Below, in pieces: positions 1-11,469 of a stretch of 64,000 nt of DNA (the first letter of the stretch is position 1; each line of letters begins with the position of its first letter). The position numbers were made by a program, and so were the translations under genes. The notes beneath the pieces were generated by a model. The model ran no database searches. It had not been told where the DNA came from and worked only from the letters and a program-made list of their open reading frames with translations. The stretch is from Nitrosopumilus sp. (GTDB lineage Archaea > Thermoproteota > Nitrososphaeria > Nitrososphaerales > Nitrosopumilaceae), in assembly GCA_965197525.1 (NCBI GenBank), contig OZ240211.1:96001-160000 (forward strand), in the 5' to 3' direction.

Positions 1-34
1 TCATAGAAAAAAATATCAAATTCAATTAAGCATC

Positions 35-370
35 TTGCCTCAATTACGAATTGAAATTTTTATTCCATTGTACTATAATGAAGATGAAAACGGAAACCGT
101 AAAAAAATTGAGGCCGAAAAATATGTTAAAACTTTAGACGAATTAATACTTTAATTTGGAGGATATACAGCTAATGGTGACATCTTTGATGGTCAATGGA
201 TTAATCCTGAGACATCTGAACGCATTGATGATCAAACTAGAGCGATTTGGATTTTATGCGAGAATATGAAAAAGAATATTGATTTTTTAACACGCCTAAA
301 AATAACATTGATGGAAAGATTTCAGCAAGACGACATCCTCATGTTGAATACACGTGTTAATAAATTCTAG
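35..370 (+). pseudogene. Small alpha/beta hypothetical protein (~110 aa) interrupted by an in-frame TAA
   Basis: Manual translation from TTG35: LPQLRIEIFIPLYYNEDENGNRKKIEAEKYVKTLDELIL*(TAA 152-154)FGGYTANGDIFDGQWINPETSERIDD...RFQQDDILMLNTRVNKF*. The frame stays protein-like on both sides of the stop. Confidence 0.6.
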
Positions 371-560
371 TACTTGATTACATTCCGAATTGGTGTAATC
401 CATTTGTCATCTACATTAACTTCAGTTTCACAAGTGTAGAATTTATGCATATTATATATATACATACAAAAAGATTTTACTTTGGCATTTAATTAAAAAA
501 TCTCGAAGATTTAACAGTGTAATAATCATCTTTGAGCAATTATCAAACTTTAAACATAAT

Positions 561-1013
561 CTAGCCTTCTTTGTCACCATCATCATCTTCATGTTGCAGT
601 GATATGGAGTTGATACAGTATCTTTGGTTCGTTGGTTTAGGCCCGTCATCAAATACATGACCTAAATGTGCTCCGCATCTGTTACAATTAACTTCGGTAC
701 GCTTCATTCCGTATGTAAAATCTGACACATATTCTATCTTATCTTCTGAGATCGGCTTCCAGAAACTAGGCCATCCTGAACCTGAATCAAATTTTGTCTC
801 TGATGAGAATAATTTTTCGCCGCAACACACACATCTAAAATCTCCATCAAGTTTGGCATAATTGTATTTACCAGAAAATGGTGGTTCTGTTCCGTGGTTT
901 ATGCAAATCTCATACTGATCCGCTGTTAACTGCTCTCTCCATTCTTCTGGTGTTTTGGCTACTTTTTTTTCTGTCATGTTAATATTATTATTATTATTAT
1001 TACTACCTGACAA
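561..1013 (-). CDS. msrB: Peptide-methionine (R)-S-oxide reductase MsrB
   Basis: GTEPPFSGKY, CVCCG, KFDSGSGWPSF, CNRCGAHLGHVFDDGP and RYCINS motifs; N-terminal poly-Asn, alternative start at MTEKK. Confidence 0.97.
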   Translation of the reverse strand: MSGSNNNNNNINMTEKKVAKTPEEWREQLTADQYEICINHGTEPPFSGKYNYAKLDGDFRCVCCGEKLFSSETKFDSGSGWPSFWKPISEDKIEYVSDFTYGMKRTEVNCNRCGAHLGHVFDDGPKPTNQRYCINSISLQHEDDDGDKEG

Positions 1014-1030
1014 CGTTTACCTTGCAATCA

Positions 1031-2695
1031 TTATAATTTTTTCTTTTTTTGATTCTTATTCCTATTCTTTTTCTCTGCAGTCCTCTTTTCTGATTCGAAT
1101 CTTTCTAAATCATAGTTTTTCATATCTGCATATCTTATAATTTTTGATAGGTTTGGGTGAACCTTGATCATCTCTTGAAATATTTGTTGTGCTACCTTTC
1201 TGTAATCTGCATGTCCCTGTGGTACGGTTCTTAATTCTATGAGGTGACACGCTTCTCTGAGATTAAACTTCATAAAATATGGATAGTTGTAACCAAAGTT
1301 TACTACGTATTGTGCCTGTTCTGTATATTTGGTTCTAATCTGCTCAAATACGTCTCTCGTATTTTCCATGCAGTCCTTGTAGTCTTTTTGCATTCCTAAC
1401 GTATTGACTTCGTCAGGTATTGTGTAACCATGGTCAGTCGTTAATAGCTGTCTTTGCAGTGTCAATGCACGATGACGGTGTAAATCTCTGAACATGCCAA
1501 AGTTGTTACACAGATCAAATGTATAATACACGTTTTCAAACGCCCTTGATGGCCGGTGACGTCTGTTTGATCTCAGCGATGCAAATTCTGTAATTATTTG
1601 CGCCTTTTGCTCGTCTGGAATTTTTTGTACTTGTCTTTGTATGTCACTATACGACATACCAGTAGCATGCTCGTACAAAACACTGGTGATTATTTTGACT
1701 GTTGCAGTTTTTTCTGGTTCGTAATCCACAAGTTTTGTGTATGCATTTACTTTATTTTTTCTGTTGCTTTTCTGCATCTTTATTTTTTTTGATGCTATTA
1801 CATCTCTTGTCTTTGATCTGAGTTCTCTTTGGTATTTTTGAAATGCCCTGCCGTATTTGTCGTCTGCTCTTTTAACAAACGATTTTATGGATACCTCGAG
1901 TTCTTTTTTGATACTTGCAGCTAAATCCGTCTCTTCTTTTAGATCAGACGATCCTAAAATTGTTAATAGATACTCAAAAGCCCTGCCGTTCCCTGTAATG
2001 CCTACATTAGTTAGTGTTGATGCTGGCAATAATCCTCTGAGAATATCTAGTGCCTTGGCTTTTGTTGAACCTCTGTATATCATATTAGATGTTTTTATGT
2101 CTGATTCTATCTTTAGTTTTCCAAATAATTTGTTTTTACCATCTGTAGAGTCTTTGAAACTGTATCTCTCTATTGGATATTTCTCTCTGATGTATTTTAT
2201 CATAGGTTCTATATTTTTTGAATATACATCAAATGATAAATTACAACTTTGTTCGTACGCATCTGCAAATTTAGAGTTAGACAATATTGGGTCATCTCTA
2301 TAAAACTGATATCTTCCCTTGCTGTCTTTTTTATTCCATGTAACATACCTTGATGATTTTTCTAGATACGATAGTCCTATTCGTCTATCCTCTATCTTTT
2401 TGACTGCAATGTTTGATAATCCTTCTATTGCAATTTGTGCCTCACCTAATTCTGCAACAGAGTCATCACCATACTCTTGCAGCACTCTGTCATAAAATTC
2501 TTCACCTCGGTTCTTGTTTGTTAAAAACTCATCAAGAAACACGCGTCTCATACTTTTGTTTGTTCTGCTATATCTTGACATTAGTGCACCGCGGTCAACC
2601 TGTTTTGGTGTGATAATACCAAATACGTTGTTGTCAGTATTTGAAAAATGCCTGTTTAGCGCTCGTTTCTCTCTGACTGTGAATGATTCTGACAA
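1031..2695 (-). CDS. thyX: FAD-dependent thymidylate synthase (duplicated ThyX-domain type)
   Basis: Two ThyX-like modules: SYLEKSSRY and [14 protein letters not shown], plus [13 protein letters not shown]. Confidence 0.92.
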   Translation of the reverse strand: MSESFTVREKRALNRHFSNTDNNVFGIITPKQVDRGALMSRYSRTNKSMRRVFLDEFLTNKNRGEEFYDRVLQEYGDDSVAELGEAQIAIEGLSNIAVKKIEDRRIGLSYLEKSSRYVTWNKKDSKGRYQFYRDDPILSNSKFADAYEQSCNLSFDVYSKNIEPMIKYIREKYPIERYSFKDSTDGKNKLFGKLKIESDIKTSNMIYRGSTKAKALDILRGLLPASTLTNVGITGNGRAFEYLLTILGSSDLKEETDLAASIKKELEVSIKSFVKRADDKYGRAFQKYQRELRSKTRDVIASKKIKMQKSNRKNKVNAYTKLVDYEPEKTATVKIITSVLYEHATGMSYSDIQRQVQKIPDEQKAQIITEFASLRSNRRHRPSRAFENVYYTFDLCNNFGMFRDLHRHRALTLQRQLLTTDHGYTIPDEVNTLGMQKDYKDCMENTRDVFEQIRTKYTEQAQYVVNFGYNYPYFMKFNLREACHLIELRTVPQGHADYRKVAQQIFQEMIKVHPNLSKIIRYADMKNYDLERFESEKRTAEKKNRNKNQKKKKL

Positions 2696-2728
2696 TAATG
2701 TTGTTACATCTGTCTTAATTATTAAAAT

Positions 2729-3028
2729 CTATTTCTCATTCTTCTTGCCAATCTGGATGAGATCGGGACCTTTGTCTCTGTTTTTATCTTGACCTTTGGA
2801 TTGCCACCGTAACAGGACTTCTTTGAAGGATGCAGCATCTGCTTCATCCTCTGTATACATTAGCGTTGTGACCCAAAATCCCTTTTTAGCAGTTCTTCCA
2901 CCTATGGAGTTCATCCAAAAGTCATTTGGCAAAGTAGACATTGCTTTGTTGTTTGGGTCTTTTGTAGTCTCAATCCACCTCTGTGCTACAAAATTAAGAA
3001 TTTGATCTAATTCCTCTTTCTGAATCAT
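2729..3028 (-). CDS. Conserved hypothetical protein
   Basis: 99-aa ORF, co-oriented with thyX, normal composition. Confidence 0.7.
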   Translation of the reverse strand: MIQKEELDQILNFVAQRWIETTKDPNNKAMSTLPNDFWMNSIGGRTAKKGFWVTTLMYTEDEADAASFKEVLLRWQSKGQDKNRDKGPDLIQIGKKNEK

Positions 3029-4580
3029 AATTATACTATTTTGTTACTAGATTTTAAAATTACTATATAAAACCCGTATCGATGTCTTATGATCTCGTAG
3101 TTGCATTTAATATTTCAACAATTTTTAGTAGACTGATTAGCTGATTCGTTATTCTTCACTTGATTTTACTCTTATGTTACTTTTGAATGGTAAAATGAAG
3201 ATTTTGAGGAGAAAAATGAAGATTTTGAATAGAAAATGGGGATTTTGGGGAGGAACTGGTTCCTTTCTTCCTAACTGCTTGAAAATGATCAATTCCATCA
3301 AATTTTCAGTTAATTTGAGCTTTCGATTTTGAGATTCAATACAGACTAACATACTGCACTAAACGATCCATCAGTCTGCATTACTGCATGTCTATCAGAG
3401 ACATCTGTATTTTTTGTCTCATGATATTTTGTTTCTACCTGTTTTCTTTCTCTAGCATTTCAAATATTTTTTATCTATTTACATTATGGTGCTATATCTG
3501 ATCTATGATTTGTTATCTGATGTGATCAAAATTCACTGTCATTTTTTTATCCTATAACACTTTTTTGATTTTCAATCATTATTTTTACATTTTTTTATTT
3601 TAGAATATATTCTAAATTCTATTTAATCTTTGAACTTGGTTTGTATTTGTGTATTTATTTTTTTATCTTGGTTAATTGATGTTTTTAGTTATGCTGAAAC
3701 CCTTGAACTGATACTTTTTACAAATCTATTTTCTTATAACGAATAACTGAATTTTAAATTTGATTATTGTATGTGTTTTTTATCATTCTTTTGGGATTTC
3801 AAGTTTTTTAAATCTATTCCAATTATTTTGCTTTATTCTTGCGCATATGTTTTATCATGATTATTTAATGTTTATTGATTTTCATATTTTTAATTTGCCT
3901 GTTTTGCAAATCATCTTGTGATATATTTTTGTTCATGTTCTATTTCAATTTGTTTGATATGAAAAAATCATTGTTGTTACTGTTTTCAAATCAATATACT
4001 ATTTTTAAATTATCCTAAAATTTTATTCCAATTTCAAAATTTATGTAGTTCTTTAAATGATTTTTTAGTTACATACTACGTTAACCATATTTCAAGTAAG
4101 TGTAATGTTGTCGCTGATATTAATCATAATAATGATGATAATGTTGTCGTTGATGACAATGCTCTAAATACGACAACATCAAAATCTGTGATAACAATTT
4201 TATTATTAGTAACTGTGTTACATTAATGTTAATTGCATCAATTACATTTCTGAAATGATAATACTATCTATACTGACACAGCAACTATATTTCTATTTGT
4301 TTGTAATACTCAATCGATTATAACTCACTTTCATTTCTCCAAATTGTCATTTTATTGAAATTCAAACTACGGTCTGCTTTTATGTCTTGGTATGTGATCA
4401 TACCGTCTGTATACCATTACAGTCTTTTCTGACAGTATGAATTCCATGAAAAATTAACTTCATATTGCATCTTATGCCTGAAAATCAAATTCACAATCAC
4501 AAGTTAGTAAAAATAATCTTACCAAAGTCAGGAATAATACTTACACTTTGTAGGTTATACAAATCTTTTGAGCGTTATAC

Positions 4581-5531
4581 ATGACCCACGATGATAACGA
4601 ATTAATCGGAAAAAATGTTAAAGACATGTACGGAACATTCATGGGCAAGGTTGTAGGTACAATAACTGACATCGACGGTAGCGTTCAATCCGTTGGAATT
4701 GACTGCGGCTCTCAAGGATTACAACAAATCCAATATGAGCAACTAGTAGTCCAAGGCAGTATTGTTATTTTTATACCAAAATGGAGACTAGATTCTCAGA
4801 GACTCATTCGTGAAAAGCAATTGACTCTACGTCGACTAAAGGCATTGATTGATATTGTTTCAGACAATGATGATATGAAGGCAGATGCCGAAATAATTCA
4901 TGAGAAATACAAGTCAAAGCTTGTATCGTTGGATGAAACAGAAAGGGAGATCAAAACAATCCTGGATGTTAGATTAGAAGAGTTGAACGCGCAAATGAAG
5001 ACTGCCAAAATGCTGTCATTTGATGCAAAGGTGCAATACAAGAGCAACGAGATTACTGACGGTGTATTTGATACTGTCAAATCATGCACAAATGAGGTAG
5101 TCGAACATATCACTCATGAGATTGCAGAGATTGCAAATGTCCAGAGTAGAATTTCAGATCTTCAATTGGAGGTCAAGGAGATCACTACCGTGCCACCTAC
5201 ACCTAACATTCAAGAATCCGCAATTTCGTATCTGGAAACTACTGAACAACAAACACAAGAAGTTCAGTCTATACTTCCAGAAGCACCCACAGAACCAATT
5301 TCTGTGTCATCGTCACCACCAACACCAACACCAACACCGCCACATGCAACTACGGTACCTTCCCAGCAATCATCAGATTCTGTAGATGATGGGATCTTAC
5401 CAGTGCCTGAACCTTCCCCTGCTGAACCAGAGATTGCATTTACCTTCCCAGAACCGCCTCAACAGGCAAAACCAGAAACATCTAAAGAAAACAATGACGA
5501 TGATTGGCTTGCTAGAATGGAAGCACAATAA
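4581..5531 (+). CDS. cdvA: Cell division protein CdvA
   Basis: N-terminal PRC-barrel (IGKNVKDMYGTFMGKVVG), long coiled coil, Pro-rich linker and C-terminal DDDWLARMEAQ peptide typical of thaumarchaeal CdvA. Confidence 0.88.
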   Translation: MTHDDNELIGKNVKDMYGTFMGKVVGTITDIDGSVQSVGIDCGSQGLQQIQYEQLVVQGSIVIFIPKWRLDSQRLIREKQLTLRRLKALIDIVSDNDDMKADAEIIHEKYKSKLVSLDETEREIKTILDVRLEELNAQMKTAKMLSFDAKVQYKSNEITDGVFDTVKSCTNEVVEHITHEIAEIANVQSRISDLQLEVKEITTVPPTPNIQESAISYLETTEQQTQEVQSILPEAPTEPISVSSSPPTPTPTPPHATTVPSQQSSDSVDDGILPVPEPSPAEPEIAFTFPEPPQQAKPETSKENNDDDWLARMEAQ

Positions 5532-5553
5532 TTTTTTTTACTTATTTTTTTTT
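5532..5553 (+). terminator. Oligo-T archaeal terminator candidate after cdvA
   Basis: T8 (5532-5539) and T9 (5545-5553) directly after the stop codon. Confidence 0.5.
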
Positions 5554-5589
5554 ACAACATTTAAAAATCTGTAATTTCTGTGTGTTATC

Positions 5590-7506
5590 ATGTCAGTGCC
5601 CTCTGAAGTTTTTAATGTCGGATTGGGAAATCATGATGATAATAATTTACGCCAAAAAGCCGACTCTGATTTTATATCATTTTGGGATTCCCAAGCAGAG
5701 AATCTATTTTGGTTCTCTTCATGGAGTAAAACTCTTGATTGGAGCAATCCTCCGTTTGCCAAATGGTTTGTTGGCGGGACCACAAACGTATCCTATAACG
5801 CACTTGATATTCACCAGAAATTACTAACTGAGAAGCCTGCCATACTATGGGAGGGTGAGGACGGTCAATCGCGAACCCTTACATACGCTGACATGTTTGT
5901 TCAGGTTCAAAAATTTGCCAACGTTCTCAAATCCTTGGGGGTTCGATCAGGTGACAGAGTTACCATATACCTTCCTATGGTTCCAGAACTGCCTATTGCC
6001 ATGCTTGCCTGTGCTAGAATTGGTGCAATTCACACAGTCATCTTCTCTGGATTTAGTGCATCGTCAATCAAAGATAGAGTAACTGACTCCAAATCTAAAA
6101 TTATTGTAACTGCAGATGGTGGGTATCGTCGTGGCAAGATTATTCCACTCAAAGATGTAGTTGATACTGCAGTTACTGATGATCTTGGTTTTGTAGAACA
6201 CGTTGTAGTACTTCAAAGGACGCATCATGATATCAATATGACACCCAGAGACAAATTCTGGGGCGATTTGATGCATGATGCGTCTGATACCTGTGATGCA
6301 ACTCCACTTGATAGCCTACACCCGCTCTTTATCTTGTATACATCTGGCACTACTGGTAAACCCAAAGGAATTTTGCATGGGACAGGAGGTTATTTGACTC
6401 ATCTGCACTCTACTTTCAAGTGGGCATTTGACATTAAACCCGCTGATGTATTTTTTTGTACTGCCGATATTGGTTGGGTAACAGGCCATAGCTATGTAGT
6501 GTATGCGCCGTTACTGCATGGAGCAACACAGGTAATGTACGAGGGCGCGCCTGACTATCCTGACCCTTCACGGATGTGGAGCATAATTCAAAAATACAAA
6601 GCTACTATATTTTATACCACCCCAACTGCACTTCGAATGCTAATCAAGTTCGGTGATGATTCTCCCAACTCTTTTGACTTGTCCTCATTGCGATTACTTG
6701 GGACAGTCGGTGAGCCGATAAACCCTCAAGTTTGGATATGGTATTACACTGTCATTGGAAAGCAGAGGTGTCCAATTATAGATACTTGGTGGCAGACTGA
6801 AACCGGCGGTATGATGCTATCTCCACTTCCTGGACTGGAGACCATGCCGTTAAAGCCGGGATCTGCAACTCGTGCTATTCCCGGGGTAAGCATATCTGTA
6901 GTTGATGAGGATGGTAATGATGCTCCTGTAGATACAAAGGGATATCTTGTAATTGATAATCCTTGGCCTGGCATGCTCTTAACGCTGTGGAATGATGATA
7001 AGAAATACCAAGATGTATACTGGTCAAAGTATAGTAATCGTTATTATTCTGGCGATTATGCCCTCAAGGACAAGGATGGGTATATCTGGTTACTTGGACG
7101 CGCAGACGACGTCCTAAAGATTGCTGGTCATAGAATTGGAACAGCCGAATTAGAAGGATGCTTGGTATCTCATGCTGATGTTGCAGAGTCTGCAGTGTGT
7201 GGAATCCCTGACCCGGTTAAGGGTGAGGCAATCATTGCGTTTGTTGTCTTAAAACATGGTGTGCAACATGATTCTGATTCCTTGGAGAAGGAACTAGCAG
7301 GCAAGATTCGCCTAGATGTGGGTGCCATTGCAGCACCCAAGAAAATCTATTTTGTTTCTAAACTTCCCAAGACACGCAGTGGCAAGATAATGCGACGTGT
7401 CCTAAAAACGATTGGAACTCGACAACAGATCGGGGATCTTAGCACGCTTGAAGATGACGCTGGAGATATAGTGACTGAGATTCAAAATATGTTCAATAAA
7501 TCTTAA
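5590..7506 (+). CDS. acs: Acetyl-CoA synthetase (AMP-forming)
   Basis: YTSGTTGKPKG, DTWWQTETGG, GRADDV and LPKTRSGKIMRR motifs. Confidence 0.93.
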   Translation: MSVPSEVFNVGLGNHDDNNLRQKADSDFISFWDSQAENLFWFSSWSKTLDWSNPPFAKWFVGGTTNVSYNALDIHQKLLTEKPAILWEGEDGQSRTLTYADMFVQVQKFANVLKSLGVRSGDRVTIYLPMVPELPIAMLACARIGAIHTVIFSGFSASSIKDRVTDSKSKIIVTADGGYRRGKIIPLKDVVDTAVTDDLGFVEHVVVLQRTHHDINMTPRDKFWGDLMHDASDTCDATPLDSLHPLFILYTSGTTGKPKGILHGTGGYLTHLHSTFKWAFDIKPADVFFCTADIGWVTGHSYVVYAPLLHGATQVMYEGAPDYPDPSRMWSIIQKYKATIFYTTPTALRMLIKFGDDSPNSFDLSSLRLLGTVGEPINPQVWIWYYTVIGKQRCPIIDTWWQTETGGMMLSPLPGLETMPLKPGSATRAIPGVSISVVDEDGNDAPVDTKGYLVIDNPWPGMLLTLWNDDKKYQDVYWSKYSNRYYSGDYALKDKDGYIWLLGRADDVLKIAGHRIGTAELEGCLVSHADVAESAVCGIPDPVKGEAIIAFVVLKHGVQHDSDSLEKELAGKIRLDVGAIAAPKKIYFVSKLPKTRSGKIMRRVLKTIGTRQQIGDLSTLEDDAGDIVTEIQNMFNKS

Positions 7507-7518
7507 CTGTGGTTTGAC

Positions 7519-7527
7519 TTTTTTTTT
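7519..7527 (+). terminator. Oligo-T terminator candidate after acs
   Basis: T9 tract 12 bp after the stop codon. Confidence 0.45.
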
Positions 7528-7685
7528 AATATTTTGTTATTTTATTTTATTAATTTAGTGCATTACACACTTGTTGGTTTGCCGTTGCTATTTTTACATA
7601 AACATACATCTTACTAGAGTACTAAAACTCTTTTATTGATATTTGTCAATCATTTACTATACGTTGTCGTTCTTTGCTGTGTATG

Positions 7686-8216
7686 TTACTGTTTTAGTTC
7701 TTTGAAATTTATTGCATGTAGCATATCGAACATATCTTTTAATCCATCATATTCTGATTTGGACTCTTCATCTAGCCCATTGTACTCTTGTTCTTTGATT
7801 TCATCTAGTTTTTTATTTGCCTCTGAAAAGTACCTCTTGTATTCGGTTATTTTTTTCTCTGTCATCTCATCAAGATTAAAGATTACGGTGTTGCTACCTA
7901 GAAGATTCTTGCTCTCATCATAAAGGCTAGTTGCTTGCAGCAATCCTGAAAATGTACTGTTGTCTTGCCTGACAAATGTTATCTTTCTGTCAACTACTTT
8001 TCCTGTCTCAAACCAAATCTTCAACGAACTATTCATATCTTGCCATGATTCTTTTGGGACATGCTCAAAGATTGACTTGCCTATTATCTCTGATTTAGAA
8101 TATCCTAAATTTGTAGCATACGTGCTGTTACAGTCCAAAATTACGCCTATGCAGTTGATTCTTCGCCACATTATCGGCGCATCCTTTAATGTCATTCTTG
8201 CTTTGGTTTGAAGCAT
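7686..8216 (-). CDS. PAS-domain protein with helical C-terminus
   Basis: ILDCNSTYATNLGYSKSEIIGKSIFEHVP is a PAS signature; no kinase or output domain follows. Confidence 0.8.
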   Translation of the reverse strand: MLQTKARMTLKDAPIMWRRINCIGVILDCNSTYATNLGYSKSEIIGKSIFEHVPKESWQDMNSSLKIWFETGKVVDRKITFVRQDNSTFSGLLQATSLYDESKNLLGSNTVIFNLDEMTEKKITEYKRYFSEANKKLDEIKEQEYNGLDEESKSEYDGLKDMFDMLHAINFKELKQ

Positions 8217-8247
8217 TTTTTAAATTGTATCATCTAACTAAAATACT

Positions 8248-9270
8248 TTAAAACCATTGATCTAGATTCTGACTCTTTTTTTCTAATGCTTTTCTTAGTC
8301 TGTTAAGTGTTGATTGCACTCTGTCTGCTGAGAAACTTTTGTCCTTTACTAGATAATCTGTGATCGTTCCGTAATCAACTTTGTTGAAGGTTATTTCATC
8401 AACATCTGCTACCTTTGGATTCAAAAAGATCTCACGAATCTGCTGAAAATCTATATTCTGTAACTGCTCTTGAATCTGGGGAATATCTTCCAATCTTGAA
8501 TGTTTTTTAATCATCTTTAGTGCAGTCTTTGGTCCTATTCTCTCAAAACCATTAGGGTTAAAGTCAGTTCCAATCAGTATTCCCACATCGATTATCTCCT
8601 CTCTTGTTAGCTCTAAAGCATCAAGTGTTTTTTGTGTATGGATAATTTCGGGCACAACATCGATGTAGGTATTACTATTTGGTATCTTCCGTCTGCCACT
8701 ATTTGTAAAGTTTCTTACCAACCGTTTTGCCCCGCATAATATCGAATCATAGTCTTGACTTGCAGAAGCATATGCCTGTCCGGTGTTTGTCAAATGTGCA
8801 GCAGTTGCTTCCCCTTCTGATGGTGCATCTATGTACGGAATCCCAAAACAATCCAGCAGTTTTTTTGACTCATTGACCATCCCGTCTTTCATACTTGTTG
8901 TCTGTTGCGCAAATTTTCTTGCATCTTCTAAATTGCCTTCTGCTACTGCTTTTTCGTATTTTATGGTAGCGTCTTTTTTTATCTGAGTTCTGCGTTGAAT
9001 CTCTGCTGCTTTTAGTGATGGTGGCTTGCCGTCAAAGACGTATACTGGTTTAATCCCTAATGATAAAAAATTCACATTTCTGTAAAACAGCCCACTCAGA
9101 TGACTGGTTATTCTTCCTTGTTCATCTGTAAGCTGCAATCCGTCAGATCCTCTGATACTTGCTAGAAACTGGTATATTGCATTGTATGCATCAATGGCAA
9201 TTACTCTAGTTGAGAATGCCTCCAATGTGGTTTTTTCCTTGTGTACTAGATCCTTTAGCTTTAATCCCAT
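8248..9270 (-). CDS. fen: Flap endonuclease 1
   Basis: [39 protein letters not shown] and C-terminal PIP box QNLDQWF. Confidence 0.97.
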   Translation of the reverse strand: MGLKLKDLVHKEKTTLEAFSTRVIAIDAYNAIYQFLASIRGSDGLQLTDEQGRITSHLSGLFYRNVNFLSLGIKPVYVFDGKPPSLKAAEIQRRTQIKKDATIKYEKAVAEGNLEDARKFAQQTTSMKDGMVNESKKLLDCFGIPYIDAPSEGEATAAHLTNTGQAYASASQDYDSILCGAKRLVRNFTNSGRRKIPNSNTYIDVVPEIIHTQKTLDALELTREEIIDVGILIGTDFNPNGFERIGPKTALKMIKKHSRLEDIPQIQEQLQNIDFQQIREIFLNPKVADVDEITFNKVDYGTITDYLVKDKSFSADRVQSTLNRLRKALEKKSQNLDQWF

Positions 9271-9398
9271 GCATTTTGATGTATTGTCGAGTTATTTTTT
9301 GTTTTGTTCCTGTTGAAATCTTTTATCGTGATATGAGGCTGGTCTAATCTATGTGCAGGCATTATACATGCTTATTTTTGTTCCTGATTAAAAAATCT

Positions 9399-10445
9399 TC
9401 ACACGACACGTTTGCATATCTCTGAATAACTTTTTTTGGCGTCTTCCTCATTTTTGGATCCTACCATTATTGCCGAACCGCCTTCCATAAGTTGGATCAT
9501 TGTACCATTCCAAGAGATCGTAGCTCCCATGTCGCTCTTGGATTTGATATTACTAGTTTCAATATGACTTAGTATCTCTGAGAGCTGTATTTTTTCTGGA
9601 GGTGTCACTGCAAATGTGCGTTTGCCCATATCGCGTCCACATAATTCTTCTACCATTAGATTTGCGTTAGCATCTGTCTGTCGTTTTCGATTCGTTCCGC
9701 AGACATGGCATTCAGGTACGCGTGTCATTTGCGTATGGGTAAATGTCATGGTCTGTATGTCTACGTGTAACATCTTATCTGCCAATGATGGCTTTTTGCC
9801 TACAAGTATGGCAATAGCTTCTGCAACTTCGATATTGCCTATGATTCCTAGTATGGCAGGGTGTACGCCTTCTATGCCGCATGACGGAATCATATCGTCA
9901 TCCAATCCTGGAAACGCGCAATTATAACATGCTGTTTTATCTGGCAGTATGGTAAATACCTGTCCTTGCACACCAACTGCACCGCCTGTAACAAATGGCA
10001 CGTCTTGATCTATACATGCTTCGTTGAGTGCATAGCGCGCAGTCACAGAATCTAGTGCATCTATTACGACATCTGAGTTCCTGACAATTTCTGGAGCTGA
10101 AAATGAGTTGACCGATGCAGGCATTGCACGTACGTCACAATTCTGATTCATTGCACGTAACCGTTCTACTGCTATCTCTACTTTTGGTTTCCCTACATCA
10201 GTATCTCGAAACAGTATTTGACGATGCAAATTAGTCACATCTATTGCGTCTCTGTCAACTACTCGTACTGTTTTGATGCCCATTGTGACTAGTCTTTGTA
10301 GTATTGGAGATCCAAGTCCGCCTGCGCCTACCACTGTAACCGTCGAATTAGCTAGTTTGGTTTGTCCCTCATATCCTATATCCTCAAGCATAATCTGACG
10401 CGAATATCGTTGCATGTCAATTTGACTCATGTTATCAAACACCAA
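9399..10445 (-). CDS. ThiF/MoeB (E1-like) adenylyltransferase
   Basis: RYSRQ, VVGAGGLGS, DVTNLHRQ, CYNC and CHVC zinc motifs. Confidence 0.92.
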   Translation of the reverse strand: MVFDNMSQIDMQRYSRQIMLEDIGYEGQTKLANSTVTVVGAGGLGSPILQRLVTMGIKTVRVVDRDAIDVTNLHRQILFRDTDVGKPKVEIAVERLRAMNQNCDVRAMPASVNSFSAPEIVRNSDVVIDALDSVTARYALNEACIDQDVPFVTGGAVGVQGQVFTILPDKTACYNCAFPGLDDDMIPSCGIEGVHPAILGIIGNIEVAEAIAILVGKKPSLADKMLHVDIQTMTFTHTQMTRVPECHVCGTNRKRQTDANANLMVEELCGRDMGKRTFAVTPPEKIQLSEILSHIETSNIKSKSDMGATISWNGTMIQLMEGGSAIMVGSKNEEDAKKSYSEICKRVV

Positions 10446-10679
10446 ATGCTTTTTTATAAATATAGCTTATTAAACCATCTGATTTTTTGTGATCTGTTTT
10501 TAGGATTTAACTATCTGGTTTATATCTACATAATGTAATATGATACGTCTCAAAGACAAAGTCCTTACACTGGTTCATTAGTAAGATATTCAAAATGTGG
10601 GTTTGCACAAAATTAAGTAGTTAATCGGTTAATTCAAAAGTATTTTGTTGCCAATCAAATACGCAATAACTATCTGGAT

Positions 10680-11012
10680 TTAATCTAAACCGGTATGAGT
10701 TTGTTTTGTAAATTCATCAAAAACTGAATTCTTATTTTTTATTAGTTGGCATTTTCCAATTAAAGAACCTATGTTATGGAATTTCCTTCCTGCACCAAAT
10801 ACGTCTTTTGGCTCTTGATTCAAATCTGAATCTAGAATTTCGGCAAATTCTCTTGGAAGAAAATTTGAAGTTACTCCTGAATCAATCAGTGCGGCAGTTT
10901 TTAACTCTTGATTTTTATGAACTAGTTTTACGTTAACCATAGGAAGTTTGTAAACTGAATTTGTTTCAGGATCATTATAACTAATGTAGCGTAAAGTGGT
11001 ATATTTGAACGA
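10680..11012 (-). pseudogene. Retropepsin-like (clan AA) aspartic protease, probably truncated
   Basis: ALIDSGVTSNFLP motif. The frame extends upstream of the ATG at 10940 to an in-frame TAG without a start codon; the C-terminus ends early and lacks the usual LGR motif. Confidence 0.6.
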
Positions 11013-11040
11013 GTTCTAAAACGAGATGACAAAATTTTGA

Positions 11041-11241
11041 TTAAAGTAGCATTACAGTTTCTTTAGGAATTTTCATAATGAATGGTGTCTTATCTGCATA
11101 TTTTTCTTTGGCCTCTTGATAAACTTTCTTTGCATCGTCTCCAGTTGATACTATTTCTTCATCAACTACTGCAATCCATTCTCCCAAATGTTTGCCTAGT
11201 TGATCACAAGCCGACAGTATGTATTCGTATTCTGATTTCAT
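11041..11241 (-). CDS. DUF5678-like small protein
   Basis: LGKHLGEWIAVVDEEIVSTGDDAKKVYQEAKEKY pattern; upstream of an aspartic-protease gene, its usual partner. Confidence 0.8.
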   Translation of the reverse strand: MKSEYEYILSACDQLGKHLGEWIAVVDEEIVSTGDDAKKVYQEAKEKYADKTPFIMKIPKETVMLL

Positions 11242-11469
11242 ATTACCACATGAATCCTCCTACGGTATATAACCCTAAACTTGTTATTAAAGTGAGGAGC
11301 TAATTTTTTCAAATCTCTTTTTATAGAAAATAAGGTTGATACCCTGTGCGTATATTCTAGTTTACTTCAAAAAACTGCATAGTTTCAAAAAAAAGTTTAA
11401 CGCTGAACTCTGACATGGATTATTCTAAACCCTGATTTACTTTATTATGGAGAAATCTTTAGCGAATAT

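Noticed and set aside
3149-3352. 67-aa ORF in the cdvA upstream desert
   Set aside because: Its sequence derives from the tandem repeat and low-complexity DNA; no recognisable motifs.
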